DNA of 64,000 nucleotides, from contig OZ287748.1 of assembly GCA_965649765.1 (NCBI GenBank), positions 10,788,001-10,852,000 on the forward strand. The letters are read 5' to 3'. Shown here piece after piece: positions 50,100-63,335 of the stretch (positions are counted from its first letter, which is position 1; every line of letters starts with the position of its first letter). The notes beneath the pieces were generated by a model. That model was not told the DNA's origin, did not search any database, and worked only from the letters and a program-made list of their open reading frames with translations. This DNA is from Bispira polyomma. Lineage: Eukaryota. The translations under genes and the position numbers were made by a program.

Positions 50100-51506
50100 T
50101 ATATGTGAACTTGTGGTGACAGGAAACAAGAATCAATTAAGAGAGATTCTGCCCTACATCCCATAGAATAGGCTCCCATATTCTTTTTGTGTGGATACCG
50201 ATGGGAATGAGGTAAATTAACTGTGTTTCAGTGAATGCAGATAAGTCTTTTTCCCCACTGTTATCCAGTGAAATAATTCCTTCAAAATTACAGTTGTCAA
50301 ATAGATATCAGATATTAAGGTACACGTACATGACATCTATCAATTGCTAATCAACTTGTTTAATGCTATATTTTTCTAATATTTACTATAATGTCAATAA
50401 CACTGCATAGTTTATGTTAACCATCATGTACTCATATGAAATATATGTATACATTTGTCCAACTTTCCTTATGTTGTTTAGAAAACATTGATATTTTAAA
50501 GGAATGACTGTGTAGATTATTGTGAACTATTTGCAAAATTTCTGTTGTTATTGCTTGTTTAATAAAAAAAAAAAGATTCAAGACATCAAAATATGTGAGT
50601 AACAGAATACAAAATCACAACTACTGCCTTTGTTATTTGGCATTTCGCTGATAGTTCAACTGGTGGGCCTTATCGTCGAGAGATTGTGTTCTTTTCTTTG
50701 TAAATCTTTACAGTTCTAGTCGTTTTTAACTGTTACCACAAGAGAAAGGTTTTAACAGTGTCTTCTACTGTGACTTAGCTCTACCTGTCACTGTTTCATA
50801 GTGGATAAGATATTGGCTTGGGGATGAAGAGCACATGGGTTCAATACCAGCCTTGGACTACCAGAACAGGCAGAAATATAGCAATTAGGATTACCACTTA
50901 AAATGGTAGTCCTCTTTCATTGGGTCCTACCCCCAGTTGCAGGCTAAAGAGCATTGAGGATGTTGATAGCTGTGGATAAAATTTGAGTGTAAATTTGAAT
51001 AAAAAATACTTCGTGGCTAAAGCACTCACCTTTGTGTTTCATTGATGGATTTTACAAAGGCTTGGAAGGTCACTTACAATTGGTCCCTTTGATTATTTCT
51101 GTAGTATCCATATAGTCTTAGACTGAAGACCCACAAGGGACACTAACGAATGGGCAACATTTTCTACATTCTCACTTTGTATGATTCATCATGATAATGT
51201 TTAACATCTACTTCCAATCACAAAGATGCCAGTTACTGATATTGACTGTGGTTGGCTGTAATTTTATAGCTCCATATACTCTCAGAGTATAAATGTGAAA
51301 AGAAAAGTTCCAGGTGATTTTAACAGAATGTCATATTGAAGCATAGCTCTACCAAATAGGCGCATTATTGCAAATATTCTGAGTACACTGTTGTCGTGTT
51401 TGATATAAATGGTAACTTTTTTTATTCAGTTTACACCGTTTTAATAATATCTAACCATATGGTTACTTTCTGAGATTTAGAAACATATTTTTTTAAAGTT
51501 ATATAC

Positions 51507-52010
51507 TACAGAAGCTCTGAGCTGGCATTTATTTTTTATATAAACTAGTATCTACAAGTTATTGACTGGTATCTACAAGTTACTAACTCATATCTATTAC
51601 CATGACTTGCAGATACGAGTTATTAACTTGCATATACAAGTTACTCACTTGAAATTACCAATTAATAACTTGAATATACCAGTTATTAACTTGAACATAT
51701 GAATTATTAACTCAAACGTATGAATTATTGGGTCGAATTGTTGACTTGAATATAAGAATTATTACCTTGAATATACTAGTTATTAATTTGAAAATACGAG
51801 TTATTTACTTGAATATACGAATTTTTAACATGAATATACCAATTATTAACTTGAATATACCAATTATTAATTTGTATATTCAAATTATTAGCTTGAATAT
51901 TCGAGTTACCCCCCAAAAACCTTTGTAACTTAAAAATATAAGTTAATAACTTAAAAAAATTGGCAGTTCCAAACTTAGTGTAATATACAAATACATTCTA
52001 AGGTTCCGTA
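51507..52010. mobile_element. IS3EU-like non-autonomous DNA transposon with internal ~21-bp tandem array
   Basis: TACAGAAG...GGTTCCGTA termini; 6-bp TSD ATATAC (51501-51506, 52011-52016); interior (AACTTGAATATACGAATTATT)n at ~51545-51950. Confidence 0.75.
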
Positions 52011-52629
52011 ATATACAATAAATTTTAACCTCTTTCTGAATAGGTACATGGCAAAAAGTTTATTATCTTCATAAAATTCGTACATGTGAGAGTAGGACTT
52101 TAACTGACATTCACTACAACCCCTCTCTCTTTAGAATCCAACATTTTATAATCAAATCAAATACTATATAGCCTCATCACTTGTTGACCTCCAGGTCAGA
52201 CAACTTGACCTCAGAGGTCAACACTTGGTTACCTTTGGAGACTGTAACTGACATTCACTACAACCCCTCTCTTTAGAATCCAACCTTTTTCAAATTAATC
52301 CACCCAAAGTGACGTAGATGTTATAAAAAGCTCTTACCTTAAATTACTATGGGATGTGTGGAACTCATGTGATCAGTTACTAAGCTTACTTTACCTATCA
52401 ATGTTGAATGAAAACAAGGGTATTTTACACTGGCCTTCTTAAAAGCTACTTTAGTTTTTCCTCATAAGTATCAGTATACCAAACGGATAACAAAACAAGA
52501 AAGACAAGCCTGTTGAAAGTAATATATGTGTATTGCATAATCAATTTTGGCGTGTGTAGTTTGGGGAGTGGTTAAGGTGTTAAACTAAAGATATGTTGGT
52601 TTGTGGTTCGAATCTAGTTACTTGAGGTA

Positions 52630-53485
52630 GTCACTGAATCTCTTCTTATGGCTCAAACAACTCTAGGGAAGCCCCAAAAGTGGTCTCTTTAGAAAAAAAA
52701 AAGTTACAATTCATAAAATAAAATGGCCACAAGTTCGGTTTGACTTTATTAGGGATCTACATCCCTTTTAACATTTAGGTTATATTGCACAGCCAGATTT
52801 TGGTAGAGAGATAACATCAGGGTAAACCATCGACCTATGGCAGCTCTGTTGTATTGTATTGCATTATGCATTTTAACATGCCTTATTAATGCGGGTTATC
52901 TGCTAAAGTGCCACAATAGAATCAATTAACCAATCAGGAAGTCTAAAAAACATAGCAGAGTGTGTGTGTGTAGGGGGGGGGGGGGGTCAGGGAGGGAATT
53001 AAGGGGACAAGCGCAGTTGAAGAGATAGGTTTTAAGTTAAAAAAAATGTTTCCAGTGATCTAAACTCAACAGGGACACTGTTGCATATCAAAGGGATAGC
53101 AATTGAGAAAGCTCTAGATTCAGCCCTCTGGGCAGGTGGAAACTGAAACTCTCTTTCCTCTATTAAGGGTTACCAAAGGTAAGACTAGTAGCAATGTGGA
53201 CGGGCTATTAGGAGTCAAAAGCGTGGAAGTGGTAACATGGATTTCAATCAAATTTGATAGTGAATAGGACGCCGATGTAATTTTGTGAAAACTTTTTTGA
53301 ATACTTTGTTGAATCATGAATACTTTCCCACGTGGTAAAAACAAGAAAAACAGTCGGGTTCGAACCATTGTCCTTAGAGGTCAAAGGCAAGTTATTGGGA
53401 AGAAAACGAATGTGTAACCAATAACCCCACCGTTACTCATTGGTCTTATTAGCAGAGTGGTCTCTTTTCTCACAGATTTGACTAC
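52630..53485. mobile_element. Nested insertion: pogo-like MITE containing a family B SINE (-) that contains an L2/CR1 3' fragment (-)
   Basis: MITE halves at ~52630-52735 and ~53440-53485 resemble 49922-50099; SINE tail ~52740-52845 and head ~53320-53440 (GGTTCGAACC); LINE 3' end ~52845-53320, with a tail similar to 49170-49260. Confidence 0.6.
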
Positions 53486-56400
53486 ACAGTCTAATATCAT
53501 CTACACACATACATTATCATGACGAATGAAACCCTTCACACACTTCCCACTCTTTTTATGTACATATATTTATCTACAATATTTACACCAGGTGTCAGAA
53601 GCCACACAAAAACACTTCTACACACATAAGAAAAATCAATTGAATATGGTATGAATCAGACACTTCAAAGAACTCAAAGAAGACTGCTAAAACTTGAACA
53701 AGGTAGATCTTTTGTCTAATATTTGCTGACAATTTAAGCCCCTGATTTCTGTATCTATGAACATGTATGTCTAATTTCCAGTTGCAATGGTCTCTTATAT
53801 ACAGAAAACTCTCAAACTCAAAGTGTATCATTTGACTTTTCCAGGTCCTCCCCCCCCCTCCCCCCCTCCCCCCCCCCAAAAAAAAAGAAAAAAAAATATC
53901 ACCAGAATTCTTCAGCCATATTTCTTGTACATTTATAACTGTATATATATCATTGGTGTGAATACCATTTGAATAATAGACTGTCTTGTTTGTTATTTGT
54001 GCTACACATAACAGGAATTCTGTTAAGAACAAATCCCCGTTTCAGTTTACACCCTTATATCTTTTCTCACTGGGAGACAAAAAGAGCTCACGTCTGGTCC
54101 ATACAAGTATATATATCATGTTACATTCCAATAGACTGATGAGATTGCATTGTCATTTTATATGGCTGTGTACACTTTGTAATTTGCATTGCATTTTTTT
54201 TTTTGTGGTACCAAACAGGCTCATATAAACCTATACCCCCTTTTTATTATTCCACCTTCAATAAGTGAGGAAGTTGTATTTATAGATACATTTTATCTCT
54301 GTGTATGTTTTTATAGTTCACTTTTCCAAAAAAAACACATTTCATTTGCATATATGTATCTTTGGGATAATTGATGCATGTGGGCAAATACGCATTCAGG
54401 TTTAATGTATAAGTTTGTGACACCTTACATATATAACACTTGTGAGTCATATGGTGTGTTGGTTTAAGACACAATTTATGAAAGGGGAGTATCCTTAGTG
54501 ATAATAAATGAATGCTAATTACAGATCTACACCCACAACACCGAAGCCATGACATCATGGTTGACTTTGAATTAGAAAGAGATATGACACTGCACTATCT
54601 ATCTATAATAAAGGGAGATTTGTTTTGTGAGGTCACAATCTTGGAAATTGTCAAGGGATTACCATCATTGGGTGTATATATATATATATATATATATCTA
54701 TATGAATACTATGTCAGTGATAATAAAGGCTTAGTGATAATAAACACAAAACGTACACAAATAATTAGAGGTATGTACCACATTTTAATTTTATTGATAC
54801 TGTTACATTAATGCTATCTAGTATTTGTATATTGGTGTATTTGATTAAGAGACTGTGAAGCACTTTTTTTCACCGTTGAACACATTTTTTGTTCGATTGA
54901 CCACTGTGAGCATTCTTGTGTTAAGCACAACCTTTAGACCCAAAAACATTTTGGTGGATATTTCGTCGCTTTATGAAAATACTCAAATCTAAGTGGCTAT
55001 TTGTGTTCGTTTTACTTATTAATGCTAACTTAACAATACTGTGTTTGATTAAAGCGACAATATCCAGTATATTGTCCACAGTGTAAATTAAAACCTCGTT
55101 GAGCACATAGCCGCTAAATCAAATACAACAATTATTAAATATACATTATATTAATATGTGGCTTAACTAGTGCTAATTAAGTGTTGAACCACGCGTACAC
55201 AAAAACAACCTATACTTGTGATCATTTATTTCGATGGAGCCCTTAGTGCTGAATTCATAATTGTAGTCAGATTTTAAGTATATTCCCTATCTCTGGCGAC
55301 AGATATCTCCTGGGACTCACATAAAAAGGAGGTGATTTATGATGCACTAAATCTCTCGATAAGGACATTTCAGATTTGAGCTTGAATCTGGGTTAAACAA
55401 AAAGGCTTGACATTTTTACCGTTGCTGGTTTATCAATTCCAAAAGAATACCACATAAAAATACTTCTCCACGCCTATCATAACACTAATATCAAAGACCT
55501 ATAAACAGCAAATATCTCCCACATAAAATAGAGGTATTTTATGATGCGCTAAATCATTCTCTTTTTTATATCTTAGAATTTGTGTATAATATCTTAGAAT
55601 ATGTGTAAAATTAAGTCATATTGTGTAAAGGATTGAAATACTGTTACTAGAATTAATCTTTTACAGACAATAGTGCTGGCAATATGTTGTTTAATTTCTT
55701 TCTATTAGCACAAAAAGCATAAATTTAAGGAGTTCCTTTGCTGTATATAACCTATAATGCGTTTAGGGGAATTATGACAAGCTATACCTAATGACATGAC
55801 CAAGGTCACAGATCAATGAACACATACAAAACCCAGTTCCCCATTACAAAAGCAGAATCTTTTGAGAGATTTATATTTATCCTTATAAACTTCAAACATA
55901 ATCCAGCAATTTATTTAATAAGGTAATTAAATTTTAGGGTGTGATTTGATATTTTGTATACTGCCTTTTATACAATACATGAGAGGTCTAAACAGTTAAA
56001 AAGAGCTAACTGGGTTACCTGCAGGAACAAACCCTGTGCTGTAACCTCAAACTAACTCAGGGTCACCTTAGACTCTACTCAAATGAAGACATTTGTTATT
56101 AAAGTTATATGGAAATAACCTATACTTGTAACCATTTGATGTTTAAATGAGCTTTTAGTACTGAATTCGAATGTAAAGTTAGACTTTACCTATACCCTAC
56201 CCCAGGGAAAACAGAGAAACAATATTTATGACCTTAGGTTTAAGCTTAAGTGTATAGAGGTGTTTGCACAATACTTGCCTAGAATATTGTCAATGGTTCT
56301 TCATGTCTTTCTGGTAATGACCTTTTGCTTACCCCGGGACGTTCCCATTTTGGATATCAGCGCCTTAAAGAATGTTCTCATCAATTTGGTGCTCCATAAA

Positions 56401-57934
56401 TGTTTCAATTATTATTATGTCAATGAACAGCCAAGATCATCCTCAAAATTTACAGTTTTGCTTATAACATTTTATACGGCCTGGAAATAATCACCCAAAT
56501 TAATTTGTATCGCATTTTGAATTCTTAACAGGCCTTATTTTATGCAAAGCATCATCTTCTAACCGCAACTACATTATCAATTAATCAATAGGTAAAATAT
56601 TAAAAAAAAACAAAAAACGTATAGACAATGTATGTGCATGTATGGTATTAATTATTAATAAAATAAATAATTGGCCACTAGAGTCTAAGAAAGGCTAAGT
56701 AATACAAAAAACAACAACGGAGGAAGTGTGTGTTCACTGCGTTTTGTCTGTGCACATCAAGTCAAATTTCCGTTCTCCTTTTTTTCATATCATGATATCT
56801 TGATGGAGTTGTTTTATGTTCAGATTTATATATCAGACTTAGGACTAATAATTAGCGTGGGTTATGACTAAACCCGTGGGAAGTCCCCTTGTTTGTGTAA
56901 TGATCATTATACATATTGGTTAGTACACATATAACCAGTTAATCATTGTCTTCACTGTCATACACAGAAAATATAGACTGTAAACAATGATAACTTAAAT
57001 AAAATTAGTTTGAATACATTTTCATGACTGGACAGTTGGTTTTTTTAAAAATAAATAGATTAATACAAATTTTTTAAATTAAAACTGATAAGCTTAAAAT
57101 AGTTAAACTTTATACATACCAAGTGAAAATTCTCACTAATTACACAGGCTATGCGGCCAACTGACAAGCTACTTGGGAAATACTGGTACATAACAGGCAG
57201 ATTGGAGTTTTCTGTTTTGAATTTGGTTTCTATATGAATTATAGAAATGAAATATTAAACTACACTTAAATATTTCCCAAAGTATAAGGGTTTGACCATT
57301 TGTTCAGTTTTCACTTAAAAGATTAAAACAAATTCAAGTTGTATTTTATTTATTTATTTAGGGAAACATTTTACCTCATCAACCTCAATTAACAACAACA
57401 AATAGATCAAATTAATTATTTGTGAATAAATGTGCACTTTTGTAGCATAGTATACATCTGCTTGGTGTATATATATTCAGTATATATGTGTACAGACATC
57501 CACACTGTGGAGATGTTTTGATTTATTTATTTATGCAGTATTTTGACATGTTTTTGGCACAGTGAATCAGGTGGGAAGTCTTGATTTCCATAAATTAACA
57601 TCTTATTATCAGGATTTGCCCTTTTCCTTCATTAATGACCGTGAACACGACTTTTAATCTAGCCCTGCTTTGGGTTTATCTATTAGTTAGTTGGAGAATG
57701 TATGTACATACAAAAAAGAGTATTCTTCCAAAACAGTATTTGTGTGATATACAATTCTTTTGATAAATTTACAGTTTTTAAATAAATAAATTTTTACTAT
57801 TGACTTGTTATAGTTCGAATTTCAAATACAGTTAAAATTATCAGTGCGAATAAATTTTCACTTGCAAAACTCATTAGTTAAAATTAATCTCAGTGTAAAC
57901 TTTTTATTATAGTATTACTGAAACTGTGGTACCT

Positions 57935-58775
57935 TGTGATGGTCTGGTGATCACAAAGTCCTTAGTTTGACTCCTGGTTAATCAGTTGGTCTGCTGGTTT
58001 AACACCTAGTTAGTGAGTTGGTCTGGTAATCACAAGGTCCCTGGTTTGACTCGTAGTTAGTGAGTTGGTCTGCTGATCACATGGTCCCTGATTTGACTCC
58101 TGGTTAGTGAGTTGGTCTGCTGATCACACAGTCCCTGATTTGACTCCTGGTTAGTGAGTTGGTCTGCTGATCACACAGTCCCTGATTTGACTCCTGGTTA
58201 GTCAGTTGGTCTGCTGATCACACAGTCCCTGATTTGACTCCTGGTAAGTCAGTTGGTCTGCTGATCACACGGTCCCTGATTTGACTCCTGGTTAGTCAGT
58301 TGGTCTGCTGATCACACGGTCCCTGATTTGACTCCTGGTTAGTCAGTTGGTCTGGTGATCACACGGTTCCTGATTTGACTCCTGGTTAGTCAGTTGGTCT
58401 GGTAATCACACGGTCCCTAATTTGATTCCTAGTTAGTAAGTTGGACTGGTAATCACAAGGTTCCCAGTTTGAATCCTGGTTAGTCAGTTGGTCTGCTGAA
58501 AACAAGGTCCTTGGTTTGATTCCTGGTTAGTCAGTTGGTCTGGTGATCACAAGGTCCTTGACTTGATTCCTGGTTAATCAGTTGGTCTGCTGATCACACA
58601 GTCCCTGATTTGACTACAGTTAGTGAGTCGGTCCGGTTAATCACAAGGTCCCTGGTTTGACTCCTGGTTAGTCAGTTGGTCTTCTGATAAAAGGGTCCAG
58701 CTTCAACTCCCGGTAATACCATATAATATTCCTGGGCAATATGTGAACCACCATTGCGTCCTGATGACACTCGAA
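57935..58775 (+). repeat. 47-bp tandem array (about 16 copies) derived from the tRNA-like head of a SINE, followed by SINE body
   Basis: Unit GGTTAGTCAGTTGGTCTGCTGATCACACGGTCCCTGATTTGACTCCT (period 58101 to 58148). Monomeric homologues in SINE heads at ~61235 and ~63400. Body ATAATATTCCTGGGCAATATGTGAA follows at ~58720. Confidence 0.92.
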
Positions 58776-60869
58776 CAGTTATGTATAAGAATCATGATTG
58801 AAGGTTTATCAAATTTGATGGTGCGCTTTGGTTTAGAAGATGCTTGGCATCAGTAAGTATAAATGCATTTAAAATCTACAATATAATGAAGGATTTGAAA
58901 GGGTTAGATATATAGCAGGTAGATATATTGCAGGTAGATATAATGTATCTTTCAAACATTTGAAAGCTTGTTTGGTAGCTCCTCTCTCCTATCCTTATCT
59001 GATAGCTCATGCATGTCTAATCTCAATGCAGACCGTATCTAACCCACCATATAACCAATGCCCTTATCTAGAGAACATTTAGTGGGTTCATCTATTGTTA
59101 TCAAAAAGAACCTTTATTTACCCCAGCAGCTCATTTTAGCATTAACCAGCAAACACAAACAAACATTAGGCCAATTTTGTATTCCTTCAATGTAGCCCTT
59201 CCAGGGTGCGTCCCCCCAAAAAATTGGATTTAGAGCACGGATTTACCCTTCACCTTTAATAGCTACAACGTGCATATTCTATTGGTGATTAAAAGCATAA
59301 CAGGGTAGTTGGCCAACATTGCATACTGTAGTGCAATCCACCGGCCTTCAGCAAGTGTACTGGCAACTTTCTGGCATACATCTTGCTGAGCCCAAGATTT
59401 GAACCATCGAGGTGGCCGGCTAGAGTGTCAAACCAACAAAGTGCCCCTCCCCCCTCCCCCCGAACTGTATAATATGTTTATATCTTGATTAAAGGGTCCA
59501 GCTTAAACATTTCTTTCATTTAAGGGGTCAATAAAAACAAAGTAAATTGTGTCTTTTCTCCTGTGTCACATATGTGAGATACCCCTCTCTGAAAATAAGT
59601 ACTTTAGGGAGAAACTATTAGCATGCATATTAAAAAGGGTATCACAGGTAGCAGAATTGTTGTCTAAGTTCTTTGGGGTAAGTGCTACTGCTTGGTAATT
59701 CCCAGAAGAAAATTAGTTCTAAGGTTAAGATGTATAAATGATCAATGGTTTTTTCCCAATTTAGCAGTGAATGCGTCACATTTTGGTCTATTTTGGTATA
59801 TATTTTCTAGGTTTTAAAATAGTTGTTTTTTACGTGGTAGGAACTGACAGAAAAGCCTTAACCGTGAACTTAAATCAACCTTACGCCTAGCCTTTTAAAG
59901 ACTCATATAACCAAGTACATAGTAATGCATTTTATTGAGAAAAAATTGTATGGTAAAGGTAGTAGAGATTTTTAACATGTTCGACCGATTCCAAGCGTCT
60001 TTTCAAGATGATGTATTATCATAGACCATAAGTTAATATAACATTATCCTAACCATTACTTGTAAATCTGCAAAGAATATGTACAAGGAACGTGACTAAC
60101 CAAAACCATCCTTTTCAGGAAGGACACCATTTTCCATCGATTTTTCGAAGGATGGTCGCGGTTGATAGACATAGTCCATCTGCGTATATCCGGGGCCAAA
60201 ACGTAAAAACACCTTAAATGTGTGAAATGACCATTCTGTAGAGTAGACCAGGTTTAAACAGATGAGTTTTTAGTTAACATTTTAACATTTTAATAATCTG
60301 CACTTATGAAATATCTACCAAAAATTTTTGAGTTATCAAAGCTAAAAGCAAGCTATTCTCTACAGGAAACTTAACTTGGACTTAGTGCCAATTTAATTTT
60401 GTTGTCTAATCTGTTAATATTTCTAGTCTATTAAAAAAGAACATAAGACATCGTAAAATCATTGTGACGTACTTGTTATATGTCAATATATAACAACGCC
60501 CCAGAAAGACTAGCATGTAACATAAAACAGAATTAGGTCAGGCTCGGGAAACAAAGTCTAAAATTAACTCTGGTCTGCTATTAAATCACTTGTGACCTCA
60601 TCACGTCTACTTACCACACTGTATGTACAGTACAGAAGTCACGTCTGCTCACAACCCACGTGGGAGTTCCTTAGTTTTATGCTTATACTTGTTGTTAGTT
60701 TAAGGGTAAGTTTCTATTGTTAAAATGCACTGGGTTATTTAACCTCCCTTTGGGCCAAATATCTACTGCTTTGGTTTCAAAGTCGCTTTACTAAAAATAA
60801 TACTAAACGAATATGTACTCATTATGTATTGTGTGACTATCTATGTACACCCAACTAACACCAATTACT

Positions 60870-61545
60870 GCCATTCACCTAATTGAAGACAGAGGCTTGA
60901 GGATGATCATTTATCATTGGTCACCAATGTTTCTATAGCTTGCCACTGGGGATATAGGTTGCAATGATAGAGGATTGCCATTTTAGGTGGTCATCCGAGC
61001 CACTATGTATCTGCTAGGAAACTAGGGATTGAAACTAGGTCCTCTAAATTCCAAACCGTGTGTGCTACCGACTAGGCCACAGTGCTACTTGTATATTTTT
61101 CCAAGCGACGCAACTTTCTGTACTATTTTTAGCTTTTACATTACGATTTTAAGACTTTTCCCATCACAGGTTATCAGATCCACGCAGGGAAAGTCCTATG
61201 TACCCTAGTCTAATCCTATTTACCCTGGTCTATTTGTTAAGTTGTTGGTCTGATGATCAGAATGGTTCTATTCCTGGTACCAACCATTAGTTTCATTTAG
61301 CGAGATAATATCCTTTGGCAAGATGTGAATACAAGTTTGCCTTGTGGCTCGGATGACTGTAAACCTCAGTCACTGACTACTGTCTCCAGTGGCAAATGAA
61401 AGATCCTTGGGGAGGTTGACAAATGGTCATCCTCAAGCAAGCCTCGGCTCCCATAGTGGCTGCCCATGACGAAGGGCATTTGAAATGATCCTGTGTTGTA
61501 TAAGTGCACTATAACAATTGTCATATTTCATTTTACATTTCATTT
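60870..61545. mobile_element. Two SINEs (family A minus ~60870-61090; related plus copy ~61235-61545)
   Basis: Family A body on the minus strand with A box TGGCCTAGTCGG; plus copy with TTGGTCTGATGATCAG head, CCAGTGGCA...AATGGTCATCCTCAAGC body and (CATTT)n tail. Confidence 0.7.
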
Positions 61546-63251
61546 AGTGTAAAAGATGTAGTAAAAACTGATTCCTCAAAAAGGATCTTAATTTATGCCA
61601 TGTCGTGCTGCACTGTTATTATATGCAAACCCCTTAGGCAAAGCTGTGGTTGTGGATTATTATTTAATCTACTGTGTTTATAGGAAATAAGATATTAAAC
61701 ATGAATTTAGTAGGGAAATTGTTTGGGAGCTAAAAAAAACAATAAATGCATCTTGCACATAATAGCACTTTATGGTTAAATTAATACATATTCTATAGAT
61801 TTAAAAATAAATCCCATCATGATATATATTTTGACAATTGTAAGCCTTGTAGAAAGGCTAGGATTTATTCAGTAACTTAACAACACAACCTGCTAGTCTC
61901 TGTACACCTGTAAAGTGTCACAGTTTGCTTGAACCCTTTTGACATAGTTGTATGATGAGACATATAATAGTGATGAATATAATACAATCCTACTTATTTG
62001 TATGCATTCGTCGACACCTGATTGTATTGTTCTTTCTCAAAGCTTGTCACTTCATTGAATACAAAGAACATAGCTAATGGTTCTAGCTTGGCTGTAAGAT
62101 GTATAATTAACACATCATTTATCACTTACTGTGTAAGCCTGGTTGAGGGTTTTTACTTGGATTAAAGTCCATGCAGTTTATATGTGTCTGTTATAAAATA
62201 TTCATGCAAGTCAAGTACATCTTTAAAAAGAAGAAAGAAAAAACAATAAAGAACAAGGAAAATGAACCAACACTTGATGTAAATGAAAGCTTTAGTGGAG
62301 TATTTAAAAAAAGTAGCAACAACAAACTAGCCTAGATAAGGCTTAATAAGTTTTAGTGTTTTTACAAATGCACATCAACACAGCCTCACTTAATAATTAT
62401 TATATTTAAAGTAAAAATAGCCCAAAACCCAAAGGTATAATATTAAAGCAAATGCATCTACTATGTATACTGTTCTAAGATGAATGTCAGATTTAGTTAG
62501 TATTTTTCAGTAGCTGTTAAAACTACAAAGAGATTTTGCCAGGCTACATAAATAGAAATATTTATCAGAGAACTTTGGTGGCTTTTAAAACACCAGTGGA
62601 AACGATTGTATTCTGCATTTTTCTCTCAAACACAAATGCAAGTGTGTGTGTGTGTGTTGACCGGTTTGTGACTTATGAGTTAATCTAATCTCTAGCTGCT
62701 TTTGTGTGTAACTTGAAGCTGTTGATAAAACTTTATAAAGGGATCAGTAAGCCAGAGCCTGGTGTAGATAGCATACTTACAGAACAGGATCTATATCACT
62801 GCAGTAGTGTACAGTAGTGGTAGTATGGTACCAGTGTGAATCTCACTCACTCACTCACTAAAAGTGCCAAAATCATGAACTGGACTGTAACTGAAAATCA
62901 TTCTGGATATACTATACAGAAGTTGGTGATTTAACAAGGTAAAACTCTGAATATATGATGTATATATATATATTATATGGACATTTAAAGGGCAAATGTA
63001 AAACCCACCATTTTTGGTTGTGTTTTTATCCTTTTTTACTGTTATAGCTGAATTAGTCTGGAATATTTTAGTTTCAACCATTTTTCTTTTCTTTGAGGTG
63101 GGTGTTTATGAAATCCGGAGTTATTGCAATAATAATTTATTTGATTTTTGTCCCCTTTTTGTGTTTTATCAGAGTCAGCAAGTGGAAGTAAAAAGAATTC
63201 AAAGGATATTATACTATACCTCGTCAAGGAACACCTACCTACACACACAGT

Positions 63252-63335
63252 ATGGATACAGAAGATACTCTAGGGGTGGAGATCCAGCACCGTCCTGGTA
63301 TTGGGGCTGCCCTGGATTTACTCAAGGAGGAACTG
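63252..63335 (+). CDS. Probable first coding exon of a FAM167/LURAP-like coiled-coil protein; gene continues beyond the window
   Basis: Polypyrimidine acceptor TTTTATCAG| at 63172; ATG at 63252 gives MDTEDTLGVEIQHRPGIGAALDLLKEEL; strong phase-0 donor CTG|GTAAGT. IxxALxxLxxEL resembles the start of the FAM167/LURAP leucine domain (short match only). Confidence 0.45.

Noticed and set aside
50220-50280. CAGTGA-containing hairpins in the ferroportin 3' region as IREs
   Set aside because: No unpaired C five bases 5' of the loop, and mismatched upper stems.
52623-52632. TGAGGTAGT resembling the let-7 5' end
   Set aside because: Match stops after 9 nt and there is no precursor hairpin.
53595-54811. 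Cluster of 60-145-aa ORFs
   Set aside because: Low-complexity, microsatellite- and homopolymer-driven translations with no recognisable domains or splice structure.
55205-56205. Degenerate ~100-bp duplication (~55207 vs ~56117) and a ~45-bp duplication (~55302 vs ~55512)
   Set aside because: Old, imperfect local duplicates with no termini, ORF or motif to suggest function.
57935-58710. Regular short repeats as a possible CRISPR array or tRNA gene cluster
   Set aside because: Units are head-to-tail with no unique spacers, there are no cas genes, the context is eukaryotic, and the units lack an acceptor stem and D arm.
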